A DNA stretch of 63,580 nt, the filler included, from Choristocarpus tenellus KU-1152 (Eukaryota > Protista > Phaeophyceae), in the NCBI GenBank assembly GCA_964200185.2. It is 7 parts of 7 records of this genome, joined end to end, with 100 filler letters (N's around TTAATTAATTAA, not from the genome) between each part and the next. Parts side by side here need not be neighbours in the genome. Positions count along the whole stretch, not along the records: positions 33,699 to 41,897 come from CAXNAD020005009.1; positions 41,998 to 46,347 come from CAXNAD020014978.1; positions 46,448 to 60,643 come from CAXNAD020001257.1; 4 more parts are not named here. One strand, written 5' to 3'. Made by a program: the position numbers and the translations under genes. Shown piece after piece: positions 38,119 through 49,681 of this stretch. The notes beneath the pieces were generated by a model. The model was not told where the DNA came from and searched no databases. It saw only the letters and a list, made by a program, of their open reading frames with translations. Every line of letters starts with the position of its first letter. Within the stretch, counting starts at the first letter, position 1.

Positions 38119-38922
38119 CTAACGCTTGAGCTGGGTGTTCTTCCGTAGTCGAAGGGTATTCCAGTGGTAGGTGAAGCTGAATTTGCACTCACCAGTGCAG
38201 AAGTTTGCCTCTTGAGGTGATGGAAGAAAGGACTGCAATAGCGTAGGTGAGAGCGGAACAACAGGGATGTAGGGAATCGTGTAAGGTGTCGTCCCTTGGT
38301 ATTTCGTTTCCCGAGGTTCCCAGTCAGGATTTAGGGTGGGACATTTGTAAGAGATTTTGACGCGTTTGGGCGGTCAGGTGGTGTTGTTAGTTGGCAAGTT
38401 TGTCAGTAGCTGTATGGTTGCATTCCTGGGGTTATGATATAACATTAATTCCGTGAAGGAACTTGGTAATTCATTGGGGTGGTAAGCTGCAGTCAAAGAT
38501 AGTCCTTCCACCGAACAGCTCTCCATCGGCGTGGAGTTGGGGACAAGTCCAGATACCGCTGGAGTCTTTGGAGGTAAAATTCAGATAAGGGTGATCAAGA
38601 TACTCACAGAGTAGCAGTTTGAACACGACCTCAAGAAGTAGAAGTCGTCGTGCTTGAAAACCCTTGTTGTGAGTCCCGAAGGAGTGAATCTCAACGTGTC
38701 AGCCATCGGGCTCTCGTCGGCACTGCCTTTTCGACTCCCCGCTTTAGTGGATACGTAACACCTCGGTGGCCCAATCATGAGAGGCTGACTCCTCGCCCTG
38801 GTTCTTTCCGATGAGGAAACGGATGAGGGAGTAGTCGTTTTCTTGTCTTGCAAACTCGAAGTCTTCGTAGTCGTAATCGCGTTGGAGGGAGAGGCGCGGG
38901 CTTCTGCGAGTGGTGTGCACAT
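38119..38922 (-). CDS. Small FCS/FLZ-like zinc-finger protein (142 aa from ATG 38922, or 70 aa from ATG 38706), two exons
   Basis: Exon 1 is 38922-38608 (TCT|gtgagt) and exon 2 is 38232-38119 (ttgcag|, ends TAG). Splicing assembles YFLRSCSNCYS|SFLPSPQEANFCTGECKFSF = C-x2-C-x12-FC-T-x2-C, preceded by an S/T-rich disordered region. Confidence 0.72.
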
Positions 38923-39552
38923 CGTTTGGAGGATCTCGTTTTGTAACTAGGTATTACCAATATTGAGTTGTGCCACTGCAGAGACTGTTTAGTGCTACTG
39001 CTCCTAGACCTTTGACACGTGACCTAGAAGAGACCTCACACCCAACCCACTGTTGGTTTTCGGGTCCTACAAAATTCAAGGGGTTTGTCTTGATATAAAA
39101 ATTGACACAATGTCGGGAAGAGGAAAATAAGAGTCCGTTAAGAAAGAAGTGTTTCTGTGTGTAAATCACACAGTCAAAGAACTCAAGAAAAATATACATG
39201 TATTGATGCATTTTTAAAGGATGACATAAATTTCATACATATTCCAAGTCAGGAAAATTTTGGAAAATTAGTTGGGAGATTTGGTCGGAATATTATGCTA
39301 TGGTTGTCATTTTTGTGCATTTTTATCTCGATGAGTGGTAACTTTCACAGTTATCTACGTTTATTTTGTTTCGAACCAACGAATTCATCACCATGTCGTA
39401 TGCAAGAGCCGGCAACATAGTTATTTAATCACACCCACACTTGAAATTTTAAAGGGTGTAGCCATGTATGGATACCATGTTTTGAGCGATAATGAAAGTA
39501 AAAGCAAATGATGAAAGGAACGCTGCATTTTTGCACTGTATGTACTTTTCCT

Positions 39553-39812
39553 GTGTACAATACCGAAGGAATGTCGTTTATTACATGGTCGGTCATTTCG
39601 TCTCCAACATGACCAAGTATCAACGCTTGCTGTAAATTCAGTTTGAAATATCAATATATTTGTGTTGTAATCCCAGTCCGTGCACAATACGGAAGGAATG
39701 TCGTTCATTACATAGTCGGTCATCTCGTCTCCAACATGACCGAGTATCAACGCTTGCTGCAAATTCAGGTTGAAATATCTAAATATTTGTATTGTTGTTG
39801 TAATCCCAGTCC
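39553..39812. repeat. Two-copy tandem duplication (127/133 bp) in an AT-rich stretch
   Basis: GTG(T/C)ACAATAC(C/G)GAAGGAATGTCG...GTAATCCCAGTCC occurs twice, with 8 substitutions over the aligned core. Confidence 0.9.
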
Positions 39813-40474
39813 TCCTTACATCAGTATTAGTAATGCTTCTATTATCTCCACAAACTACAGCAGGCGTTATACAGAAGAAGGGTGACCTAAGAAGAGAGGT
39901 TTTGCTCTGTGGATCACTTGGCGACCATGGATATTGATAGACCCATGGCATGGGAAGTGTGTGCTGGATGATCTGAGGTACTAGAGCAGTTTTGATTCGA
40001 AAAATAGTTTGGTTGATGACCATTCATAAACTGCTTGTGTGTTTGTTCCCCTTTAATGTGTTGTACGCAAGACATATAATAATGAATACTTAAAGTATTT
40101 TAGGTATAGTGTAATATTAATAATGGTACAACTATCTTTATGTGCATATCTTCCAATCATATTTTTCATTTGAACGGGCTCACACTATTTTAATATGCAG
40201 TACTGTATATTATTATGCCTCTAACATTTTACACGTGTGTTCAGGGAAAAAACAATGAAAACCATTCAAATATTAGAATATCCACTAAAAAGTAACAGTT
40301 GTTGCAAATGTGAAAGACATTCATATATTGGCTATGTTACTTATTACCAATTATGCTACACCAGCACCTTCCTGTACCTCCAACCTAGCTTAGTCCTGCA
40401 CCCCAGGGTAATGAGCTAGGGAACCATCCCAAGAATCTAACAAGCCCCTCCTTGCCCATCTCCCCGATGTCTCC

Positions 40475-40738
40475 AGCTTAAAACGCATGAGACGTCTAGA
40501 TAGGACTATTTGTGTTGTAACAGAAACTATCTGTGGTAGACGGGATTTGACTGTCCCTTTCCTGTTGTAGCCTCCTGTCCCTCTCCCTCCTACCTTGTGC
40601 GTAGCTGACTCATCCTGAAAACCTTCCGCTGCTTACCGAGGCGCCCAAAACTTTCCACTGCGAAGATCTTGAGGTTAAAACTACGAGGGTCAAAAGTTCC
40701 GTCGTAGTGGATGCGCTTTTGTGCCTCCACTGCAGCAA
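40475..40738 (-). mobile_element. 3' fragment of an RLE-type (CRE-like) non-LTR retrotransposon
   Basis: AAVEAQKRIHYDGTFDPRSFNLKIFAVESFGRLGKQ and, after a frameshift, KGTVKSRLPQIVSVTTQIVLSRRL. These match the C-terminal half of a restriction-like endonuclease (E..K..HY, avEsfG.lG). Confidence 0.8.
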
Positions 40739-41030
40739 CAACTAGGATAAGCATGGAAGATGAGATACTATATATGCACTTCTGGAAACGTAACATTTAG
40801 AATGATGTAATAAATTCTCCAGCTTATTATATTTATGATACATACAATATGTACATATTATATATAGCACTTTTTCCAGTAAGTATTTTCATCCCACACA
40901 AATATGGGTCGATAGTTTTTCCTCCTATTAACAAAATACACATCATGTGAAAGTCTTGAAGAGAACATTAAGTCTTACCGCACAACACGATATGATCACG
41001 ACAGGAACCTTTGATGGTAAACATTAAGAG

Positions 41031-41897
41031 GTGGCAGAGGCACACAACGATGGTAGCAGGGAGAGATACTCACCCTTACACATCTACGAGGAGGAGGAGG
41101 CAGGAGAGGAGGTGATAAGAGATATTACAGGGCTTCGAAGGCCAGCCTCCCCCACCAGGGACCCCAACCCTCGCCCATCCCAACAACCACGTCAGCTTAC
41201 ACCGGAACACTGTGCGATCTGTTTCTCCGAGATACAACAGCCAGTACTCCCTTTCCCCTGCACACACTCACTGGACCTGGGCTGTGCCTCGGCTCCATAC
41301 CTCCACACCAGACCCCTACATCCCATCCCGTGCCCCACCTGTCGTACCCCTGTCAGCCCCGAACACTACTACGCTGCCATGGACGGGAGTGTGGGAACCA
41401 AAGCTGTGCTGGAATCCATCCGCTCACAATCGTCCTACACCCCTTTTGCCATCCCACTATTCCGCCTACTCTCTATCCCACGCCCCCACACCCCAACCCC
41501 TCCCCCTTCTTTCCCTCCCTGCCCGGGCTGTCTAGAGCCTCTCCCCCCAGACCACCAAGGCACCCTCCCCTCTGGGTGCTCGCTCCACCTCAACTGCATG
41601 GTCAGCCTCTGCGAAGATGCCAACCACCCTTTCACATGCCCCTACTGCGGAACACACTTACCCATCCCCACAATCTTCAATTGCACCTACAACACCCTAA
41701 CCAGTTAAAGACCACCTCCTGGGGAGCTCATAACCCGCCTGAATAATGCCACTGCATCCCAAATCCACCTCTTTTCTCCACACAATATTCCAGGCCAAAC
41801 CTCACACCCCACCCACCCCACTCCACAGGCCGGAGCACCCCCTACCCCCACACCCCAACCCACCTCACCCCCTCCTCCAATCCAACCCATCTCACCC
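41031..41897 (+). pseudogene. Intronless C-rich ORF with two degenerate RING fingers, probably transposon-derived
   Basis: CAIC..PCTHSLDLGC..CPTC and CPGC..LPSGCSLHLNC..CPYC. There is no ATG at the ORF start. A single TAA sits at 41706-41708, and the same frame then stays open (Pro-rich) to the contig end. Confidence 0.65.
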
Positions 41898-41997
41898 NNN
41901 NNNNNNNNNNNNNNNNNNNNNNNNNNNNNNNNNNNNNNNNNTTAATTAATTAANNNNNNNNNNNNNNNNNNNNNNNNNNNNNNNNNNNNNNNNNNNN
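41898..41997. other. Artificial contig linker
   Basis: N-run with TTAATTAATTAA. Confidence 0.97.
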
Positions 41998-42078
41998 ACC
42001 ATATCCTCCCGCTCCTCTTCCTCCTACCATGTGGGTAGCCAGCTCATCTAGGAATCTTTCCGCTTGCTTGCCGAAGCA
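41998..42078 (-). mobile_element. Short fragment of the same CRE-like LINE family
   Basis: Translates as FGKQAERFLDELATHMVGGRGAGGYG, overlapping the LGKQ...QL.T...GG segment of 40475-40738. Confidence 0.7.
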
Positions 42079-42608
42079 TGTATCAAATAAATATAATTAC
42101 TTTTTTAGGAGTCGTTATGATTTTGATTTATCTTTTTCTTGATACATCTATAAAATACTAGAGTGAATAATAATATTAAAATATCATATAATATATTTCA
42201 TTTTAGTATATAAATAAAATCGAGGGCATAATAATAAAATATAATAGTAGTACTACCCAATAAAAGCAGTATCAATACCCTAATCTTAGAGGTTGATATG
42301 GTTTTGTTAATGGGGTTACAGGTTCGTTTATATGATACAAAGACCTGAGGCTCTGTATAGACAGGTAGTAGAAGGAACTTAGTGTAGAGGACCCTGCTGA
42401 ATGGGTGGTATCGGGTGGGCTCAGCTCACACATTCTCACTTCATATTATCTCTCAGATCATTGTGATAGGTGTCATTTAGGAGGGATGGTGACTTCACGA
42501 TCCCTCTAACTACACTTTCCCTCTCTACACCAGAAGTCAAAGGATCTTACTGAAAGAAGGCTCTAGCTCTGGCGGGGTTGGCCGAGCTGACTATTGTTTG
42601 TGGGAAAG

Positions 42609-45600
42609 ATGGCCGACCACCTGTAAGCATGGACTACAATAGCATTTGAAGGGATATTTCCTTAACTTGCCTGGAATACCCTCCGATTCCGCTTCGAGTG
42701 ACAACTTTTGTTCGAACCCATACTAAATGTGGTGTCCTTTGTTCGTCAGTCTCAGGAGGTCAAGGAAATAAAATCTGTGGATTAATCGTTGAATGGCACT
42801 GACTCCGAAATACCTTGAACGTTTTGTTCCCCCTCTGTTCTGTTCCACACCCTGTTAGATCAACAGTGGGTTCTACTGTGGAATCTGACGAGGAATGCAG
42901 CGACGAGGATGATGACCTGAAAAACAGGATGATGATGCGTGGGAGAATGAAGGATGCATCTCAGACCCGACTGCCCCAAATGCAAGATCCCCATCACCCA
43001 ACTCGTCAACTCTTGCGCGGGGGTAGCCGTGGACTCTCCTCGCCGTTAATGGAGATGAAGGAGCGTGGACCCCGCCTACGGTTAGGTAGTACAGGGCTGG
43101 GCTCTAGTGGGAGGGTAAACTTCAGTGGTATCGGAAGCAACGGGCAGCACCTTATTGGTGGAATCTTTATGGGGGGCAGTGGGTCCCTCAGTCGCAACAG
43201 GTTTGTTGCAGGGGGGAATGAAACGGGGATGCCGTTGATAGAGGTGGCCTTCCAAGTCTCGGGTGTTGTCGCTGTAATGAAGTTTGGGTAATTCCAATCT
43301 CTGGAGGGAAATACTTGAATTTGAGCCATACGTTCCTTTTATTTTTGGTTGCCTGATGACAGAGCTTCACCTCTTGGCGGTTGATGGTCACATACTTTTT
43401 TTTTGTTGGATGATCCTATTTGGTTCTGTTGTGCAGAACACTCCCTAAAAGAAGATCATAACACCTGGCAGGGAAAGTCTGCTTGCATTTCTAGTAGATT
43501 AGTATCTTCCAGTATGTTCAAAGTCTCTCTCCCTTCCTTTGCTGGTTCGGCCTGTTGGGTCAGTACCACAGTGTTGGTGCCTAGAGGCATTGTCGGTTGT
43601 GTTGCTTGGAGTGAAGAGATTAATTATCTCATTCCAAAATGCAGAGGTTTACGCATGTATATAGTAACGAATGGATTCAGAGTTGGATTGCAGAATGGGA
43701 GAGGTAGCAGCATTAATTTACTACAAATACTTGCATAGATCCCCTTGGAGTTGTGTTGGAATGAATTGCAACACTGATCAAACTGCAGTGCAACCCTGGA
43801 TAGTACATGCCTTACACTTCACTCCCCATCACCAACCAAGGCTTGAGTGCAATCAATGTGACGACAATGCCAGCGTTGTCACAGAGTTTTTGATCATGTT
43901 TGAGTTCTCACAGATGTTGTCCATTGCAACACCAGGGACTGTTTTCCTCGGTAGTGCCTGTTCTCCACATAACGACAGATTTCAATTGTTTGGTAATGTC
44001 TGTTGTCCAGCAAGTTTCGGGGCTCATTTGCTTCGCATCGTTCGTATTCCGAGATATTTTTTTTGTTTAACCTGCTACGAACAACAGCTCTCAAGGTTGT
44101 TTTCCCTGTTACGCCTGTATTGCAAACGCTTGAGCCAATTTGGTCTGTAACAGCTCTGTTGTGCCGAACAATGATCGTGACCGTTTGCTCTGTAATGTCT
44201 GTTGTCGGGACGATACTTTGTGGTGTACAAGTAGTACAATCCAAAAAATGTCAAGCTGTGTAGTGTAAGTCCTGCGTTGTATGAGGTGTGAACTAGTTTA
44301 TCGAAGAGGGATTGACAAGGGGTGGGGATTATTCCCAGCCAGAGTGCATCACTTACACCTTCAAAAAAGGTCAACTTTCCTCAGGTTCCCCCTGATACAT
44401 CCCCTCTCTGCTCTTGTCATTGTCCTTCCAGTTCTCCAAGCACACGATCGATTCAAGGCTTTGTACCCATTGCCCCTGCAACCGCGGTGGCAGTTCCTCG
44501 CTCACCACCTAAGACCATGCACGAAGCAATAGAGGTTGGCAATGCAACTACCCTGGAGAGCATCGTGAAAGACATGAGCCAGGCAGAGGCTGAGATGGCA
44601 CTCATTGAGGCTGACACGTAAGGCTTTTACTTCTTTGAGGGGAGGGGGAGGGGGGTGTTTCAGTTGTGTTTTCTTTCTCATGTGAAGATCCGAACACCAC
44701 TGTGATTTGAGATGATGCCCCATACAGTCTCTGCTCATGGAAGTGGACAGTTTTTTCATGTTCTGTTTTGTTACAAGTTTTGTATTCAAGGTTTATTTGT
44801 GTATGAGATCCCCCACAACATTCCAGCCCCTAGCCCCCCATGCCAACCACCAACGGCGTTTTTGCTTGAATTGTTCTCCTCTGCCCGCCCACCCCCTCTG
44901 ATTGTTTTTCCTCTTATTGTGTCGATGCCACACCCATGGGTGGATAATCTGCAAACATATGTTGACCCCGAAAATCAATTGCCATGGCATAGGGAGAAGG
45001 GGACCCCCCTGATGCATGCTTCTGGGGGTAAGAGCGTGGAGACACTCAATGTTCTGATTGATCAATTGGGAGATCGTCTTGGGCAGGAGGCTATGGTAAG
45101 AAGAGGGACATTAGCCTGTGTCAACTGAGCTGGACTTGGGAGTTGGAAAGGAGGGAGGGGGGAGGGTCGGAGGGGCAGGGGTCTGTTTGATTGTGTTTGT
45201 TGAGGTGGACTGTCATGAGTACAGGGATTTGATTTCAGTTTTCAGTTTCCTCAAAGGATAAGTTATTAACCCTTTACTTTGTGCTAGGGTGTTTTGGGTT
45301 TGAAGTCATAAACATGTCTGGTGGAATCTTGTGCTGATTGTGATGTGTGCGATATGGAGGTGGTGTTTTGCAGTTTTGGCTTTTGTGTTTTTGGCTCTGT
45401 GGATGCTTATGGAAAGTACGGAGGAGGGTGAAAATGTGCTAGGCGACGAAAATTAGGGCGTAAGAGATCTGGTAGGTAGGTGGGTTGGTAGGTAGTTTGG
45501 TAGGTGGGAAGGAAGAGTTGATGAAGCCTAAAGAGGGGCCAAGACTTGGTGGTTAGTTATTGGGTGCGAGCATATCCCCTGCACTCGGTTCCCTTCACAA

Positions 45601-45750
45601 GTATCAAGTTGGACCGGACAAGTGGTTGAATCCTTCAGTTGGTCCTCATTGTCCATCGCCTCTTTTGTCACAAAGACCTCTAGTGCCATACTGTCCCCTC
45701 CTCTTCCCCTCTTTCCACACCGCCTGAAAACACACACACACACATTAGTT

Positions 45751-45792
<42 letters not shown>

Positions 45793-45961
45793 TCATAGAC
45801 ACGCATCTTCCTGAAATTATGCCTGCCTACTGTAGATTATGCAGTTGGTGGAAAGGGATGGGAGATCTTGGTCGCCCCTCATGCACGCAGCTTGGAGTGG
45901 CAGCAGGGATGTGTTCCGGGCCTTGGTCTCGGCGATAGAGAGCACGCTGGGTCAGCGTCAG
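42609..45961 (+). CDS. Ankyrin-repeat protein with a disordered N-terminus, 3' truncated
   Basis: Exons 42609-42622 (ATG; CT|gtaagc), 42859-43287, 44432-44617, 44993-45095 and 45836-45961 splice in phase. Ankyrin-like units: TMHEAIEVGNATTLESIV, GTPLMHASGGKSVETLNVLI, WSPLMHAAWSGSRDVFRALV. Confidence 0.8.
45730..45790. repeat. (CA)n microsatellite
   Basis: Interrupted AC dinucleotide run in an intron. Confidence 0.95.
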
Positions 45962-46347
45962 GTTTGTTCCTGCTAGAACTGGGGCTGTTGTCTGGGAGGG
46001 AGAACATGTTTACAGGTACCTTGTGGATTCGTCCGTCTGTCTGTGTCCCTGGGGATTTGATTTCTCGGAGAGGTGTAGTTATTTTGTTGACTGTAGTGTG
46101 TATGTTCAGAGGGTGGAGAGGAGAGATTGGTCGGCAGTGGAAGAGAGTCGGGGGAGGGGGGGGAAGGCAAACACACCGCCTGCTAGGGATGTGGTTGGAA
46201 AACCGGCAGAGGAGCTGCATTCCGATGCCTCAGGACTAGTGCGTTGACCTAATTTGGTATTTCCTCTCTTGTTCAAGTTTGTTGTCCTGTGTAATCATTG
46301 GCCCACCGCTGGAGTTTGACTTGAAGTGGGTCAAAGTATCTGGGGGG

Positions 46348-46447
46348 NNNNNNNNNNNNNNNNNNNNNNNNNNNNNNNNNNNNNNNNNNNNTTAATTAAT
46401 TAANNNNNNNNNNNNNNNNNNNNNNNNNNNNNNNNNNNNNNNNNNNN
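46348..46447. other. Artificial contig linker
   Basis: N-run with TTAATTAATTAA. Confidence 0.97.
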
Positions 46448-46449
46448 CG

Positions 46450-46920
46450 GTGCATGGAAACACACCTGCACATGGCGGTTTCGTGGCACAACAGGGGAGT
46501 TCGAGGATGGTATCTGGCGGGGGGGATACCCGGTACAACAGTGGGGTAGTCTCCCGGGGGTATGTTGTTACTGGTCCAGGAGGAAGCAGCAGGGGTGGTA
46601 TGGTGGAGGATACCACGCTTAATGGCATGCAGCAGCGGCCCATGGCCAGAGGAGGGTCCGCCTCTACATTATCCCACAGTTTCAGGACTGCTGGAAGTGG
46701 GGGAAATGGGAGCTTGCTTAGTCAGGGAAGTGGCACAATGTCTTCAGCTGGTGTTGCAGACCATGGCTACTATGGGTATGGACCGGCGCCCAATATGTCA
46801 GGAAATGGCAATGGATACAGCGGACGTGATGTTCCTCACGGCTCTAGAGGTGGTCATGGTGACTCCCAAGACCCCCGGGAGCATCATGGGGGTCGGGGTG
46901 GGAAGCGAGGTCGCTGGTGA
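46450..46920 (+). CDS. Gly/Ser-rich terminal exon of an unidentified gene (5' part lost in gap)
   Basis: Open frame from the contig edge to TGA, with low-complexity G/S/R/Y sequence ending HHGGRGGKRGRW, followed by GT-rich UTR-like DNA. Confidence 0.65.
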   Translation: MHGNTPAHGGFVAQQGSSRMVSGGGDTRYNSGVVSRGYVVTGPGGSSRGGMVEDTTLNGMQQRPMARGGSASTLSHSFRTAGSGGNGSLLSQGSGTMSSAGVADHGYYGYGPAPNMSGNGNGYSGRDVPHGSRGGHGDSQDPREHHGGRGGKRGRW

Positions 46921-49681
46921 GAAAGGGAAATATGGCGTTGGGCATTTTACCTGTTGGGGAAGGTTTTGGTGAGAAAGGCTGAGGCACACCTGCAACAGAG
47001 TGTTTGCGTATGGCATGGATGTGTGGAGTGATTGAAGTGTGTCTCAGGTGGTTGCTATGGTATCGGTGGTCATGTTTTGTTGTCAGATTATTTGTTGGTT
47101 TTACATTGATGGAGAGCTGGATTTGGAGGGAAAGTGACCAGACCTTTACCTTTACTGTAACAGGAATTTGGGGGAGTGAGAGGTGGTTGGCAGCCTGGTC
47201 GGGATGGTATGAAGTGTTGGAGGGAGGGAAGGGCGAGATGTGATTTGATTTGGAGAGGCATGTTGTGTTAAGATGCCACGTGTAGAGTGCGGTCCACGTG
47301 CAGCAATTTGAGCGTAAGTTTTGCATCCATGCTTTTGATGCAATTTGTGAAGATCCACATTGTTATGGGTATCAGAGGGTGACAGATTATTAATTGGTGG
47401 GGGTTTTGTCATGGAGTTTGTCGGAAAGTTGAACTTTTTTCCTTACCTGAGGGGGAGAAAGATGAGGGAAAAGATGCATTACCCTGGGGGGTGGGAAAAG
47501 AGTATTTCTGTTTTTCCTTTTTTTTAGGCAGCAAGAAACACGCACACACACACACGTACACATGTACACATATGAAAATGCAAGCGTGAGCACGTATCAT
47601 CTCTGTCACTAGCGTGTTTGCTATGTTTTATTTGTTTCTGGTTTAGCAATTGATGCAAACGGGTTTTTGGATCAGTATTTTCCGTTGCATTTGCCTGTTA
47701 TTTGCACAAGGTGTAATGGCCGAAAAGCTGGGTACCTTAAAAACACAAGAGATGGTTAGTTCTATGGGTGTTTTGATGAAATTTGTAGCATAGCAGTAGT
47801 TTTATCCTGGCGAGGGTTGAACTTGTATGCATTGGTTGTTAACCTGGGCTACTCATGTTGTAGGCATCTTAATATGCCCGTGACATGGGAAAGCTGGAAG
47901 AAGATGGCTATGATTTGCGTTTGATATCTGTGATGTGTATGTGTGTGTGTGTGTGTGTGTGATCTGCACATGTATGTACATGCATGTGAATGTGAGGTAG
48001 TGGAGTGGCCCAGGCAGGAGTAAAGCACACCAATTAAGTGCTTCCTTTCCGTCCCAACAATGCCTCACTACATGCCGTGTTACACAATTGAAGAAGCTAG
48101 CTTCTGGTAGTGCTTGATTGGATGGGGCAATAGGGCATGCGCAATCATCAGGAAATATACCTTTTTTTGTCTGGGGCGTATACAATACGTAATGGGGTAA
48201 CATATACCAGGCCTGTATTACTTGACTAGCAGAGTAGGGAATAGTGGGCTCTTGCTTGCCTCAAAGTGGTGAGGTGGCTAGAAGGAAGCCCGAGTATTGG
48301 CAGCCGTGTCTATTTTCGTGTCAACAGCAGTCTTGTCAAAAACGGGAAGGGGCCCTCTCCTCTTATATTGTCTTGCATATGTGGTGATTTTATTCGATTT
48401 TTGGCTGGGGCTGACTGAGGTGGGTCGGTGGATGAGTAGGTGAGAAAAATTATGTGTTTGTTTTGCCATGCTCCTTTCGTGTTTGTTGGAGGACCCCCAA
48501 GTTTTTGTCGAGGATGAGGAGGCATCTCTATTAGACGGTGATGGTGCTTGGTTGCAATTGGCAGTGTTAACATTTGGTGATTTATTCCCCGGGAAAGAGA
48601 GGTAGAAGAGGGTAAGAGATCAGGTATCCAGCATTGCTACTCGGTTTGTTTTGTCTATGCTATGTCGTATTAGCAAACAAACACCTGCTACAAAAGCATC
48701 TGAGATATATATAATGTTCGGAAATAATGAGTAAATGGGGAATGGAGTGATTAGGGGTGGGTGCATGGCTTCATGCATGATGTTAAAAACACAGCTCCTA
48801 GATTAGTCTTTTGAGAGTGATGGTCGGAGAGTGCTTTCTTGGTGTGTGTGTTGGGTGGTGCCGAGAAGTTAGCTTTGACAAATTATTGGATATTTTCTGT
48901 TATGCCAATGGTATGTGAGCCATAGGGATGTGGGACAGTTTTTTTGTTGCATTTTGATTATCGTTCTCCATCTGTGTTGTGGGAATGGATGGACCCATTC
49001 GCTGCAGTGGCTCTTTCATTCACCTAGGTTGAGTTCTGAGCATAATCAAGGTATTTGTTTTTTATCAGTGCACTGCACCAACCTACATGGTAATAATTTC
49101 CTTGAGCAAGGATTCTTTTTGCTTGCTTTGAGTCAATAGTAGGACTTGAGTATGATTCAAGTCAAAATCTTTCAGTTCACTTAGTTTTGTATCAAAACAA
49201 TGTTTCAGGAGAGAGTTGACTATCCTTTCTCCTGCGTATCATCAATATTGTACCTTGACCACAATATTTTGGCGATCATGTTTATTCGTTGGGGTATTCT
49301 GTCCAATAACCTTTTGCATTTATCAGAACGACTACCTGTACTTTGGCAAGGGCAAGTCAATCCCAGCCTACTCACCCTGCTTCAGGCACAATCAGTGTAT
49401 TTATCAGAAGCCTTCACTGGGGGTACATATGGGGAGCAGGAACATGCTCACTTACACCAAACACTGCGTGAATAATCCTCCAAACTAAAAAAATACATAC
49501 AAAACATTATGTACGCAACAATTGATCCATACACATGCAGGAATGGTATGCAGATTCCATACTTTGGTCCACGAAGCAGTGCTCACTACTATAATACTAC
49601 AGAAGCACACTCCACAAAAAAAATCTCTTCTACCCTAACGCCACAAATATACAACTCTAAGAAAAAGAAAAAAGGTAGTAC

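Noticed and set aside
38186-38630. Alternative splice giving an in-frame TGA (possible selenoprotein)
   Set aside because: The stronger TCT|gtgagt donor gives a stop-free zinc-finger frame, and no SECIS was recognised.
43403-44374. Cluster of overlapping 85-160 aa ORFs
   Set aside because: They lie inside an intron of the ankyrin gene and show no motifs or consistent splice signals.
17976-46920. A functional gene cluster spanning GGCX-like, NECAP, zinc-finger, RING and ankyrin genes
   Set aside because: The genes lie on different contigs joined artificially. Among these, only the plastid-protein/GGCX-like/NECAP genes share one contig, and the zinc-finger gene and RING ORF share another.
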